DNA of 64,000 nucleotides from Macrostomum lignano (Eukaryota): NCBI GenBank assembly GCA_002269645.1, contig NIVC01002081.1, positions 124,001 to 188,000 of the forward strand, read 5' to 3'. Shown piece by piece: positions 13,168 to 61,158 of this stretch (position 1 is its first letter; each line of letters starts with the position of its first letter). The notes under the pieces were generated by a model. It saw only the letters and a program-made list of their open reading frames with translations, ran no database searches and was not told where the DNA came from. The position numbers and the translations under genes were made by a program.

Positions 13168-13205
13168 CAAGGACCACTGTATATAGCTATATACAGTGGT
13201 CCTTG
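13168..13205. mobile_element. 38-bp perfect palindrome with CAAGG termini and 8-bp TSD (P-like footprint or mini-element)
   Basis: CAAGGACCACTGTATATAGCTATATACAGTGGTCCTTG, flanked by GTTTGTAC at 13160-13167 and 13206-13213. Confidence 0.8.
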
Positions 13206-13702
13206 GTTTGTACATAGACAAAGTAATCTATTGAATTGGAATTCAACCTACAATTTTCAAGCAAACTTCACATTAACTAGAAAAGAAACACTAAGATCGA
13301 TTGTGGAATCAACTTAATAGGTACTTAAAATATTATGTGATCAGGCAAACTCGAATTTATAAAATTGTGAAAAATGGGACTTATACATAAACCTTGTTAT
13401 AGTGTAATTACATTCGACTCGCTATTTTAAATTCGAAAGTCATGATATTCGATTTCGAAATTAAATAGAATTTTAGCCGGATCCATAGCCAATAGAAAAC
13501 GGGTTCCGGTGCCGGAACTCTAGCCATTACCTATATTATATAGCCTACTGACTTGTATTGTCATAAATCATGTGATGGCCCTAGGCTAGCCTGGCTAGGT
13601 TTAGGTAGGCTTATTACGTATAACATTTTTTTACTTTTGACATTTGTTTCAGTTTATAAAACCCGAGTCTGCAAATTAAATGCAATCGCACAGCATAAGT
13701 AC

Positions 13703-14930
13703 AGTGGTGCTAATCTGGGGGAAATGGTGCTAATCTGGAGGGAGTGGTGCTAAACTGGAGGGAGTAGTGCTAATCTGGAGGGAGTGGTGCTAATCTGGAG
13801 GGAGTGGTGCTAATCTGGAGGGAGTGGTGCTAATCTGGAGGGAGTGGTGCTAATCTGGAGGGAGTGGTGCTAAACTGGAGGGAGTGGTGCTAATCTGGAG
13901 GGAGTGGTGCTAATCTGGAGGGAGTGGTGCTAGTCTGGAGGGAGTGGTGCTAATCTGGAGGGAGTAGTGCTAATCTGGAGGGAGTAGTGCTAATCTGGAG
14001 GGAGTAGTGCTAATCTGGAGGGAGTGGTGCTAATCTGGATAAGTGGTGCTAATCTGGAGGGAGTGGTGCTAATCTGGATAAGTGGTGCTAATCTGGAGGG
14101 AGTGGTGCTAATCTGGATAAGTGATGCTAAACTGGGGGAAATGGTGCTAATCTGGAGAGAGTGGTGCTAAGCTGGAGGGAGTGCTGCTAATCTGGATAAG
14201 TGGTGCTAATCTGGATAAGTGGTGCTAAACTGGATAAGTGGTGCTAAACTGGGGGAAATGGTGCTAATCTGGATAAGTGGTGCTAATCTGGATAAGTGGT
14301 GCTAATCTGGATAAGTGGTGCTAATCTGGATAAGTGGTGCTAAACTGGGGGAAATGGTGCTAATCTGGATGGAGCAGTGCTAATCTGGAGGGAGCAGTGC
14401 TAATCTGGAGGGAGCAGTGCTAATCTGGAGGGAGCAGTGCTAATCTGGAGGGAGCAGTGCTAATCTGGAGGGAGTAGTGCTAATCTGGAGGGAGCAGTGC
14501 TAATCTGGAGGGAGTGTTGCTAATCTGGAGGGAGTGGTGCTAATTTGGAAAAGTGGTGCTAATCTGGAGGGAGTGGTGCTAATCTGGATAAGTGGTGCTA
14601 AACTGGGGGAAATGGTGCTAATCTGGAGGGAGTGGTGCTAAGCTGGAGGGAGTGCTGCTAATCTGGATAAGTGGTGCTAAACTGGGGGAAATGGTGCTAA
14701 TCTGGAGGGAGTGGTGCTAAGCTGGAGGGAGTGCTGCTAATCTGGATAAGTGGTGCTAATCTGGGGAAGTGGTGCTAATCTGGGGGAAGTGGTGCTAATC
14801 TGGAGGGAGTGGTGCTAATCTGGAGAGAGTGGTGCTAAGCTGGAGGGAGTGGTGCTAATCTGGATAAGTGGTGCTAATCTGGGGGAAGTGGTGCTAATCT
14901 GGATAAGTGGTGCTAATCTGGGGGAAGTGG
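13703..14930 (+). repeat. 19-20 bp minisatellite in duplication unit 2 (no Gypsy insertion)
   Basis: Same unit; corresponds to the uninterrupted version of 4218-9968. Confidence 0.95.
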
Positions 14931-15492
14931 TATAAAGATTTGGTACATTATAATTTTTTGTTGATAGCTTCAGGTTGGTTGTGGTTGTTTTTGAAGTCGG
15001 ATGTGAGCTGCTCAGTGGTTGCTTTTGAGCGATTTCTGGGGTTGCTTCCAACAGGTGGTAAATACCTGTATTGTGATACACAGTTCAAGAATACTGTTCA
15101 TTTAAAAGCCTCAAGTTTTTTTATAATAAATCATAAACTTGGTTATATTAGTATTTGAGCGATGAGGTGGCTTTATTAGATTGATTCTCATGCAGGACAG
15201 GGTGGAATTGATTGATTGTCATAGTCTCTATGAACGGTCATTGTAAAATGGGTTGATTTTCCGTCTTCAAGAGTAAAGAAACTTTCAGAGTGCGGAGCGT
15301 AAATGTCCTTTTTCTCCCTACATGAGGCAATTGGCTGCTAGTATAACATGCTGACAGAAGCGAATTGTGTAAAACACACGAAGTTCCACTTAGTGACGGT
15401 TTGGGCCATAGACATAATGCAGGTCAAAATTAAAGAATCAAATTAAGCTTCTTGGCCCTGTACTAGCAGTCTCTTCAGGGCTGTCTTTACAG

Positions 15493-15500
15493 TATAAATA
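15493..15500 (+). promoter_or_regulatory. TATA box of ILP copy B, with a probable 5'UTR intron at 15787-16077
   Basis: Duplicate of the copy A promoter and intron. Confidence 0.6.
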
Positions 15501-16080
15501 TTCGGTTAGGACTACGAAAGGCATATGAAAATGGTTAAACTGTACTGACTCAGTGTGTACTTTTTGCCACACGCTGGAAAGCAGCGAAGCCATAGACGAG
15601 AGTAATAAAATTGAGAACAGATTTGACCATAGACAGTCTGCCGATTATTATAAAAATCAATTGAAAAGCGGGACAGTCCTGGCATTCCTTGCTTACTCAG
15701 CAGAGCATCACTTTTATTACGAGAGCCAAGTTCGGACGATCATTTCTTCAAGCAATTTGAGAGTGAAATCTTGAGATACTCCCAAGGTAAGATCGAATAT
15801 TTCTTGGACTAATTTAATGTTACAGTACAAGGGACAGATAACCTTAGCGGGAAACGCTTCTGATCACCAGGCGCCACATTAATTTGAGGCCTGTGTGCTC
15901 GAAGAACGTCCATGATGGCCAACCCACAAGGCTCAGAGAATGTACATGTCTGACGATTAGAAATTCATGGCCGCTGTAAAGCCTGTGTGAGCGTGTTTGT
16001 GAGTGCGTGTCTGCGTACAGTACTGGCGCGCAGTTATTTTATCATTTATATAACTTATTTCGTTGCTTACATTCCAGAGA

Positions 16081-16461
16081 ATGTTCAAACTGCTGGTGTG
16101 CCTATTGGCGATGGCCTCCATCAGCTGCTGCCAGGCAAGCGCTGAGTCAAAGCACAAAGGCAAATTTCTCTATTGCGGTCCGGCCAGTCCCGTCATGATC
16201 GACTGGCTCTGCCGGTCAATCAAACACCTGGAGAGCTTCGGAGTCAAGGACGGCTACATCGATCCGGCTCAAGGATACCTGCCGCTAAGCGCTCCGGCGC
16301 CTTGGAAGAAGAGGTCTGTTCGGTCTATTGGATTAGATTACGGATTATGGGACCCACCATCGGCTCACCAGATCAACAGGCGCGGCATTCACGCGCATGT
16401 GGCCATGTCACTGTGCTGTCGGAGACTGTGTGATGCCAGGGTGTTCTGCAAAGGCTACTGA
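16081..16461 (+). CDS. Secreted insulin/relaxin-like prepropeptide, copy B (protein identical to copy A)
   Basis: Same translation as 11118-11498. Confidence 0.82.
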   Translation: MFKLLVCLLAMASISCCQASAESKHKGKFLYCGPASPVMIDWLCRSIKHLESFGVKDGYIDPAQGYLPLSAPAPWKKRSVRSIGLDYGLWDPPSAHQINRRGIHAHVAMSLCCRRLCDARVFCKGY

Positions 16462-17266
16462 TAGGAATTAGCTTAAGACTAAATTATAGCTAAGCAGAGA
16501 ATCAAACTGAAAGTCATGAATCGTTTTGTTGATTAAAATACATGTTTAACTGCTTTCGAAAGTTAACATTTCCAGTTTTTAATGTTATCATAAATAGCAT
16601 TCACTTATTAAAAGTTTTAAATTAATCTATACCATAATCTACACCATAAAGCCCAATCTGCAAATTTATGAATTCACTTGCACAGCATAGTTTTATTAAA
16701 TGGCCTGCATACTCTTGAACATTCCTGTCTGAAAAGTGACCCCCCCCCCTTGGCTGTCTAGCAAGGGACACACCTGTCTAGGGGCAGAGAAGTCCAAATC
16801 TCGTGTTACAATCCCTGATTCGATTCATTTTAATCATTGGTTACATATGTATTTGTACATATATACACTTATATGTACACAGCTTTTATTTCGCAGGAAT
16901 ACATGTATTTTTATGCACGAATAAAAATTTCTGGCTGGGGTTTTATCGTGCGATTCACGTACGCCCCCCCCCATAGTCAGAAAGTGTAAAATGAACGTAC
17001 TGACGATCAGAATATATTCAGAGTCACAGCTGCACACGCGACCCGCTGCTATATGAGCGTGTGTTATGCATACATGTATGTTCCACATGATGAATCGTCT
17101 GTAGTAAACCATGCACGGGCTAGCTAATACATTTAAGTGTGCGCAAGAGTCAGATTGATGGGTAATAATTGCCTCTCTGTTGGTTGCGAGACGACGTCGC
17201 GGAAAGCGTTGCTCCAGTTTTCCAACCCCCTATGCGATTTACATGTACGTGTACACATGTACATGT

Positions 17267-17963
17267 CAAGGACGACTTAAGTAGAAGGACGGGAAACCTC
17301 GTTTCTTAGAAAATTTTTGAAGGCACTTTTTCCCGAAAAAATACACCATGGAGATAGGAAATTTTCATTTTTTCAGCACAAAAATTGCTATTACTTTTGA
17401 TAGGAGGCAGATCCAGTGCTCATCTTTTGATATGTTGTGCCTTTTTTATTGCTCTATCGATATTTATAAAGCTTTTAGTTCAGAAAATTAGGATTCTATG
17501 TAAATTTTTTATTCTCCGTATATTTTTACGTGTCTTGTGATTGAAATACATTAGAATGCCACGGCTCGGCTCTTTGGTTTTAGAAGTCTATTTTATCATT
17601 CTTAACTGACTGCTTAGCAAATATTCGTAACAGAGATGATAAAACAGGTTCATAAAAGCAAATATTGGAGCTGTGTCATGCATTTTTGTGATTTTCAGAT
17701 ACAGGAAATGTACGTAGAATAAAAAATTGACATATAATCCTAATTTTCTGAACGAAAAGCTTTATAAATATCGATAGAGCAATAAAAAAGGCACAACATA
17801 TCAAAAGATGAGCACTGGATCTGCCTCCATCAAAAGTAATAGCAATTTTTGTGCTGAAAAAATGAAAATTTCCTATCTCCATAGTGTATTTTTTCGGGAA
17901 AAAGTGCCTTCAAAAATTTTCTAAGAAACGAGGTTTCCCGTCCTTCTACTTAAGTCGTCCTTG
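17267..17963. mobile_element. Duplicate of the 697-bp P-like MITE
   Basis: Same TIRs and GTACATGT TSD; copied with the segmental duplication. Confidence 0.9.
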
Positions 17964-18127
17964 GTACATGTATGTGCAACACATGTACGCAAGTCCATGC
18001 ATAACTCCATTGCATGGTTTTCACACATTTAACTGTAGAACCATGGTCGTACGGCTCGTACATGGCTCAGCTTGAGCTTACTATTTTAAATTGGATATGA
18101 AAATTCTGCACCGGTTACCGTTTGTAC

Positions 18128-18165
18128 CAAGGACCACTGTATATAGCTATATACAGTGGTCCTTG
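18128..18165. mobile_element. Duplicate of the 38-bp palindromic P-like footprint
   Basis: Identical sequence and GTTTGTAC TSD. Confidence 0.8.
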
Positions 18166-21100
18166 GTTTGTACATAGACAAAGTAATCTATTGAATTGGA
18201 ATTCAACCTACAATTTTCAAGCAAACTTCACATTAACTAGAAAAGAAACACTAAGATCGATTGTGGAATCAACTTAATAGGTACTTAAAATATTATGTGA
18301 TCAGGCAAACTCGAATTTATAAAGTTGTGAAAAATGGGACTTATACATAAACCTTGTTATAGTGTAATTACATTCGACTCGCTATTTTAAATTCGAAAGT
18401 CATGATATTCGATTTCGAAATTAAATAGAATTTTAGCCGGATCCATAGCTATAATAGAAAACGGGTTCCGGTGCTGGAACTCTAGCCATAACTTATGGCA
18501 TAAGCCATAACATATAGTTATTAGTATATAGCCTACTGACTTGTATTGTCATAACTCATGTGACGGCCCTAGGCTAGCCTGGCTAGGTTTAGGTAGGCCT
18601 ATTACGTATAACATTTTTTACTTTGATATTTGTTTCAGTTTATAAACTATATATGATATGGCATCATAGGCCTAGGGTAGAATCCTAGGCCTAGTAGGCC
18701 TATCTTATCTCAAGGGCAAGGCTAAAGTCTAAAGATTCTGAGGTCAGCTGGATAGGAATATCACAGGTTTCACAGTAGGACATCATTACAATTTTATGCA
18801 AATGATGACATAGGCCTATCTCAAGTTTTCATTCAACTTCAAGCATAGTTAGGCCTATAATTGATATTTTGGGTTTGTGTTTGTGGTGATTTATAATTTA
18901 CATTTGGGTGATGATATTTTGGGCATATGATATTGATAGAAAGAACTTTTGGAGTTGTGATTTTTTGGGTTTTTGATTCCCTCCTATGGTCCTAGAACTC
19001 CTAAGCTAGGCCTAGGTTTATAGATTTATGTACTATAGCCTAGCTTTTAGTATATTTAGATTTCTTATCCAATGTCAATACTTGTTGGTATTGATAAACT
19101 ATATTTATATCAAATATAATAATTTGGTTATTCTAATATTCTATTGCATTGGACCTAGATGGAATTCTTGCAGAAAAATCACAACGCATTATGCGATTGC
19201 GTGAAAAAAATGCGATTTTGCGTCAAAAAATCCGGAAAAAATTCGTTGCAGAATTTCAGACAAAATTTCTAATTCTTAATATATGCAAAAGTGTGCTTGA
19301 AATATTGGATTTCAAAAAATAAAAATCAAAAAATAAAAATCATTTGCCTTTATTATCTCCATTACTATTATATGTATCTTCTTAATAGGCTTTATCTTCT
19401 AATTTTTAGTATATAGTATATATAGTAGATAGGCACTAGTCAATAGCACATTGTTAGGTAGGCCTAACCAAATTAGCAATATATGGTAGTCCTAAGATAA
19501 ACAAGTTCATTAACAGAGTTGCCAAATTAGTCATTGACAAACTTGGTAGCACCCTATGGCACATGTCTAAGATAGCCACAGCTTTAAATATTTAAATATA
19601 TAATAATAAGCCTAAGTCTATATTTTTATTTTTTTATTTTTGGTAATAATATGTATTAAGTATAGATCTTCAATGTTCAAGTCCTATATAAATAGAATTA
19701 TATTATATTATAAACATTACAGCTGTCAGAAATTAAGATTTAGACCAAAATGAGATTTGAAACAAGAAAAGTCTGAAGTCAAAAAATTTTGAAACAAGAT
19801 GATAAGATTAAAAATATTTGAAAAATATATGTATCTCATTACAACAAATACACCAAATACAACAAATACATCCTTTTGAGTATGCTGCCAAATCACCTTA
19901 TTGCAAGACTAAAATGATGGCAAAAATATGTATTAGTAGAAGTTTGCATGTCAGCATTTATAATGATATTTGCATTTATCACAATGATATAAAACTTCTC
20001 AACTAACCTAACCTATCATAGAATTTATCCATTTCAAAATCATCTTGCTAAAATATTCAAACAAAAACCATAGGTTCAACAATAGTATTTAAGTGTTTTG
20101 AAGACAATATTTGCCTTTTCACATATTTTCTTAATCAAAATTTCATTTTTAGCAATCTGAAAAATTTCTCAATTTCTCAAATCTTGTCTCAAAATTTTCT
20201 ACAAAAGTCAAGATTTCTCAACAATAGAAAAAATGTTGAGATCTCATCTCAAATCTCATCTCATCAAGATCTTGCAACACCTCTAATAAACATTACCTTT
20301 GGCTTCAACTTTTATTATAGCCTGACCTATATATATTTATTCCACTAAATAAAGCAAGTATACTAGTACAAAATAAATATCTTATATATTTATCCCATTT
20401 TTGCAAATCATTACCACTGTCATTATTATAGTCATTATTATTATCAATGGTTTTTTGATAATAATAATGACTAATAAAGATAGATTTAATAGATATAATA
20501 ATAAGGAATAAATTGGCACAAATACTCAAAAAGAGTAAAGCTTTGTATCATAGATCATACATTAGTTCGAATCTATCATTATATAGGTATTTATGAATAT
20601 GATTGACTACACATGATAATTAATATAAAATAACTAATAAATAAAATAACTATTTCATTATTTCAAAATAACTAATGAAATAACTAATATTTTAGGATAA
20701 AATAATTAATGATAAAAAAGAGAAATGTAAATATAATATACATTCAATATTGTGGCCATCTAAATTTAATTTGATTTTAAAATACATTTAATATTTTTAT
20801 ACTTGATTTTAATTTTAAAGACCCTTTAATAGTTTTATCAAAATTTTTTATTTTAATTATACTATAGTATACTATAGGCCACATGTGACCTGCAAAGCCT
20901 CCCTATCCAGCCCTTGAGTCCTTTGAAACTTCAACAGCAATCTAGCTATCAATGTCTATATCTTTTCTTAGCAGTCTTCTTTCTAATCCTTTCCCTTTTT
21001 CTCTCCTAGTCTTGTCTTCTCTCTCCTTTCTTCTCTAATATTTTTTCTCCTTTCTCCTCTCGTTTCTCTTCCCTCTCTTCTTTATTTTCTCATCTTTCCT

Positions 21101-22506
21101 TTTTCCTATCTTCCTTCTCTCTGGTCTCTCTGGTACTTGAGATAAAAAAGTTAGCCAACCCCTAGTCTATGCAATTGATAATAGAAAGAATATCTTAACT
21201 GATTTTCTTTAAACTTATACCATTTGATTAGAAATTTTTTTATGGTGATACACCTTTTGTGGCTAAGTAGAGAGCAATATACTGCATTGTTCAATTCTAA
21301 AAGAAATTAAATATAAAAAAACATGCTTTTTGCAAAGCCCAAGTAGACTTTCAACCTGAAATGCATTGTAAGAATACTAGAAAAAAACCTGACTGACTGA
21401 ATTCTGATTCTGATAAGGATTGTAGAACAATAGGCCTTTTATCATCAGTTTACTGGCTGGTTTTGACATTGACTTGAATTTTGCAACAGTTTAAAATATA
21501 GTATGGAAGCATGTAGTGCAAGACTTGTTTGAGATTGCATAATTGAATTGCTAACTTTAATGGTGACTCCAACCAACTTGATTTGGGTATTGAATTATAA
21601 GTGCTACAATTTATATAATCAGATTAATGACAGCTAGCCTAAATGCAAATGGCTGGAACTGCTAATCTCTGATCTCTGTGTATATATTTTAAAGTAGATA
21701 TTAGACATACTTAGTGGATATAGTTATATAAAATTTTTACCAAGGAATGACAATTTCTTTGAAACCTTTGCTAGTAAAACTGTTTAAATTAAGGCCTATT
21801 CTTATTTATAGTAGGATCAATAAGGTTTTAATAGTCTTATATTGATAAAAACTTAGGATCATTGTTTATGTTTATTGCATTTTAAAATATGCTTGCAATA
21901 TACTGCATGTTATTAAAACTTATTGAGTCATTGACAGATAATCTATAATTTAGCTTATTTTCTTATGAGTAGTAGTTTAAAGTGAGTGATTGGCCATTTG
22001 TTATTGCACTCTTTAGACTGCAGTGTGGATTGAAGACTGGTGAGGAGGTTGCTGTCTAGGCCAGCAATTGCTAGCTATTGTTGTTCAAAGTGTCAGTGAA
22101 CTCATTCAGTCTGTCTGAAGTCTGAACTAGTCTATTCTTATGTCCTCATTTGTATTCCCCAGTTTGAAAGGGTGTATAAACAATTATTCAATATATTTTA
22201 ATCTTCCTCATATTTATTATCTAAAACTGCCTTTTGCTGCTCGACATATTTTTAAAATCCCCTATGGCTTCCCATTTGGGCTTAATCGCATCAGATTTAT
22301 AAATGCGTGTGAAAGCTTTTTTAAACTTAAATTTCGCTAATCAGTTTTGTGTGACACTATTGAACTGTTAGTAGCATTCATTGAGTATCAAATATGTTTT
22401 AGTTTTCTGCTGACAAAATTTAATATTCCAAGACCTAAGATTGCAGCCATGCTGAGATAGTTATTGATTCCTTCATCCAAGATTATCAGATTCGGATTTG
22501 ATCACC

Positions 22507-22746
22507 GCCAGCCTCCCAGATCCTCAGTTGCTGGGCCAGCCTCCCAGATCCTCAGTTGCTGGGCGAGCTTCCCAGATCCTCAGTTGCTAGGCCAGCCTCC
22601 CAGATCCTCATTTACTGAGCGAGCTTCCCAGATCCTCAGTTGCTAGGCCAGCCTCCCAGATCCTCAGTTGCTGGGCCAGCCTCCCAGATCCTCAGTTGCT
22701 AGGCCAGCCTCCCAGATCCTCAGTTGCTAGGCCAGCCTCCCAGATC
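22507..22746 (+). repeat. 28-bp minisatellite (GCCAGCCTCCCAGATCCTCAGTTGCTRG)
   Basis: About 8 tandem units. Confidence 0.9.
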
Positions 22747-23651
22747 CAGGGGCTGGTTCTCAGTGCCATTAAGAACACTTAACACTGGGATCTCAATGGT
22801 TATGTAAGTAGCGCTTTAAGCATAAAAAGTTCTAGAAAAGTTGCTTACTTGTATTTCATTCCTAATTTGAATTGGAATGCACCGGGATTTTTTTGGTTTG
22901 GGCTGAACTTAACCAACTTAACCAAACATGGCCTACAAAGGGAAGAAATCTAGTAAGTATAGAAAGACGGTTAAAGCTTTAATAGGAAGGTCGTGTTGTA
23001 GAGCTATTTTATTTTATTATTCAGTTCTAACTCTTCGGCAAGGAAATGCCATGTTGCTAGACTATTTAATAGGACAGCGAAATGCCTTGAAGCAAATGCA
23101 GAATGCATTAATTAAGGTCTGATTATTGCATGTACGACTTCAAGGCTTTCTCGGCTTCATTTGTTTCGGGTAAAATGCGCTATTCGAAATGCGTATTTCA
23201 AGCAAATTGAGCAGCTCTTTATCAGCTGAGCTAGTTGTTAGTTGCTAGTTGCTGCTCAAGTGTTAAAGCAAAACAGTCCCTATGAACTTGAGTACCCTTA
23301 TAGTTCTATAAGTGTTTTGAGCTTTGATCCCCGTCCAAAAAGTTTTGCAACTAAAAATATTTATAGTTGACGGATTCCACCTTGGCTTGGGCGCCTAATC
23401 AGTAAGCAGTGCGACGGTCGGTTGGCTACTGAACATGCATTTTTTTCTATCCGAGTGCCTCAATATGTACTCTTTGATTGCCTCAATCCGTGTCTGCTTT
23501 GTCCACTGCGCTAGCGGCTGAGGGACGCGGCTCAGGAATCGGGATAGAGATATAGGAGAGAGAGACTAAATGGCCTAGTTGTATCTGTCAGGGCCAACGA
23601 ATATCTAAATTCTGGAATGGCGATTCCGCTACTAGACTGTTCTCACTTTGT

Positions 23652-23749
23652 GTGTCTGTCGTCTATCTGCCTGCCTGCCTGCCTGTCTGTGTGTCTGTCT
23701 GTCTGTCTGTCTGTCTCTGTCTGTCTGTCTGTCTGTCTTTCTGTCTTAG

Positions 23750-23780
<31 letters not shown>

Positions 23781-23783
23781 TTT

Positions 23784-23850
<67 letters not shown>

Positions 23851-23869
23851 GTCTGTCTGCCTGCCTGCC

Positions 23870-23913
<44 letters not shown>

Positions 23914-23922
23914 CGCCTGTCT
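23652..23922 (+). repeat. (CTGT)n microsatellite
   Basis: Simple repeat. Confidence 0.95.
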
Positions 23923-24372
23923 GTTTTCGGCCGTTATTGAAAGACCCATAGTTAGTCACTGTTTTAAGATTGGCAAACCAGATTACAACAGTCAGTTGTC
24001 CTTGCCCACGACCAGCCCGCGTTTTTGCTCTGTATTTTTTGCTCACCCCTCACCGCACCCAATAGCAGATAACAAGATCCGTTTTCTCGCTCATACATAC
24101 AGGCCGCAGGAAACGAGCAAGCATATCACTGGCGTGCACATATTCTTTATTACGTAAATTGTAGTAAATGACAGTTACTATACGAATTAAGAAATGGTAT
24201 TCTCGATTTCTTAGAAATATATTGTTTATGAACAATAGTCACTAAAAATACGTGCTTTGAAGTGTTGGTTTTTATTGCATTGGTTTCAGTCAGTCTAATG
24301 CGATAAACAAGATTCTCTTTTAATTGGACTCTGTCAGCGAATTGATTTATTGGTGCCAGCTGATTTTCTATC

Positions 24373-59584
<35,212 letters not shown>

Positions 59585-60359
59585 AAAAAGAAACTGTAAA
59601 TCTACATTAGTATCGTCGCATTGCTACTTGCAGTAGCTTTCGCGTTTTGTGCAGATTAATGTATTGTATTACGTTTTTTTGTATTTTTTCAATTCAAACA
59701 TTTGTGCTCGATTGTATTTTTTGCTACTTCGAAGTGACTCATATTGTTTCTACTCTGCTCACGATATTTCTCTAAACTAAGTATAGTCAACTCTGCGGTT
59801 GGAATATTAAATTTGCGCCAAATTTGTTTTACTTATCAAAAATAATAATTTCTGCTGGGAGTCATTTTATAAGTATTGTATTAATATTTTGCTAAGAAAT
59901 ATTTTGGAAGATAATTAAATTAATTCATGATAGTTGAAAGTGCAGTCATGTACTATTAATACTGACCTTTAATATAACCTATTTGAAGTTCCTTTCTCGA
60001 TATTTTTCTGCTAAATTCTGCTCATTATTTTTCTAATGATTTATGATTACTGTACTAAATATTTATACTCGTAAGCTTGTTCGGGCACTTAGTGCTGTAT
60101 GATATTCATTAATTTTCTCGAACATTCTCAAAATAAATTCAAATTGTAATTTACTTTTTGAAATTTTTGTCTAAGTTATAAGGTAATTGTCCAGCGCCAA
60201 GTCATCAAGTTAAAGCCCAATTATTTTGCTTTACAATACTATAACAATGTATACAATCTGCGCTGTGAGTTTATTTTGCGTCCTTTTCTATACACTGCCA
60301 CACGTCTGTTGCCAATATTGCACATTCCATGCCATCTTGTTTGATCAAAACCCGTTCCA

Positions 60360-60845
60360 ATCCTCACCTATTCTAACCCACCACCCCATTCTCACCCACC
60401 ACCCCATTCTCACCCACCACCCCATTCTCACCCACCACCCCATTCTCACCCACCACCCCATTCTCACCCACCACCCCATTCTCACCCACCACCCCATTCT
60501 CACCCCCACCCCATTCTCACCCACCACCCCATTCTCACCCACCACCTCATTCTCACCCACCACCCCATTCTTACCCACCACCCCATTCTCACCCACCATC
60601 CCATTCTCACCCACCATCCCATTCTCACCCACCATCCCATTCTCACCCACCACCCCATTCTCACCCACCACCCCATTCTCACCCACCACCCCATTCTCAC
60701 CCACCACCCCATTCTCACCCACCATCCCATTCTCACCCACCACCCCATTCTCACTCACCACCTTGTTCTCACCCACCACCCCATTCTCACCCACCACCCC
60801 ATTCTCACCCACCACTCCATTCTCACCCACCACCCCATTCTAACC
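60360..60845 (+). repeat. 18-bp minisatellite (CCACCACCCCATTCTCAC)
   Basis: About 27 units. Confidence 0.95.
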
Positions 60846-60848
60846 CAG

Positions 60849-61158
60849 CAGCCTAGTGGTTAGAGCGTCGGACTCACGACTTGAAGGTCGGGGGTTCGAT
60901 TCCCGATCCCACTGAAACAATTTGTGTCCTTGAGCAAGACACTGTAGCTCTGCATTGCTTCAGTTCACCCAGCTGTAAAATGGGTGCCAGCATTAGCTGG
61001 GGTAATTGAGGGTGTGTGGCGACCCCCCAGTCCTTGGACTGAACAGCCGTACGCAGCCTTCAGATGCGCCGCGCAATAGCTGCGGCTGAGCTGTCGGTTG
61101 CACATCTGCCCTTTGTGGTAGGTCTAATCAATTATTATTATTATTATTATTATTATTA
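60849..61158 (+). mobile_element. tRNA-derived SINE with CORE/Deu/Nin-like domain, copy 2, with (ATT)n tail
   Basis: A box TAGTGGTTAGAGCG, B box GGTTCGATTCC, GTGTCCTTGAGCAAGACAC...CAGTTCACCCAGCTGTAAAATGGG, and (ATT)n tail at 61131-61158. Confidence 0.88.

Larger units (their letters stand above)
4171..18646 (+). repeat. Tandem segmental duplication: unit 1 4171-13654 (contains Gypsy), unit 2 13655-18646, each ~5.0 kb without the Gypsy
   Basis: Near-identical sequence at an offset of ~4.96 kb (e.g. ATG 11118 vs 16081), with scattered SNPs and small indels. TATAAA microhomology at 4171, 13655 and 18641. Confidence 0.9.

Noticed and set aside
19150-20290. hAT-MITE-like terminal motif (...GATCTTGCAACACCTCTA) in the AT-rich region
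   Set aside because: Only one convincing end; no partner TIR or TSD found.
23380-24094. Weak GST-mu-like resemblance of LVICYW-WTKQTRIEAIK
   Set aside because: Similarity is too short, the frame ends in a stop, and the catalytic context is not recognisable.
60849-60920. tRNA gene
   Set aside because: It has A and B boxes but no full cloverleaf, and continues into a SINE body and (ATT)n tail.
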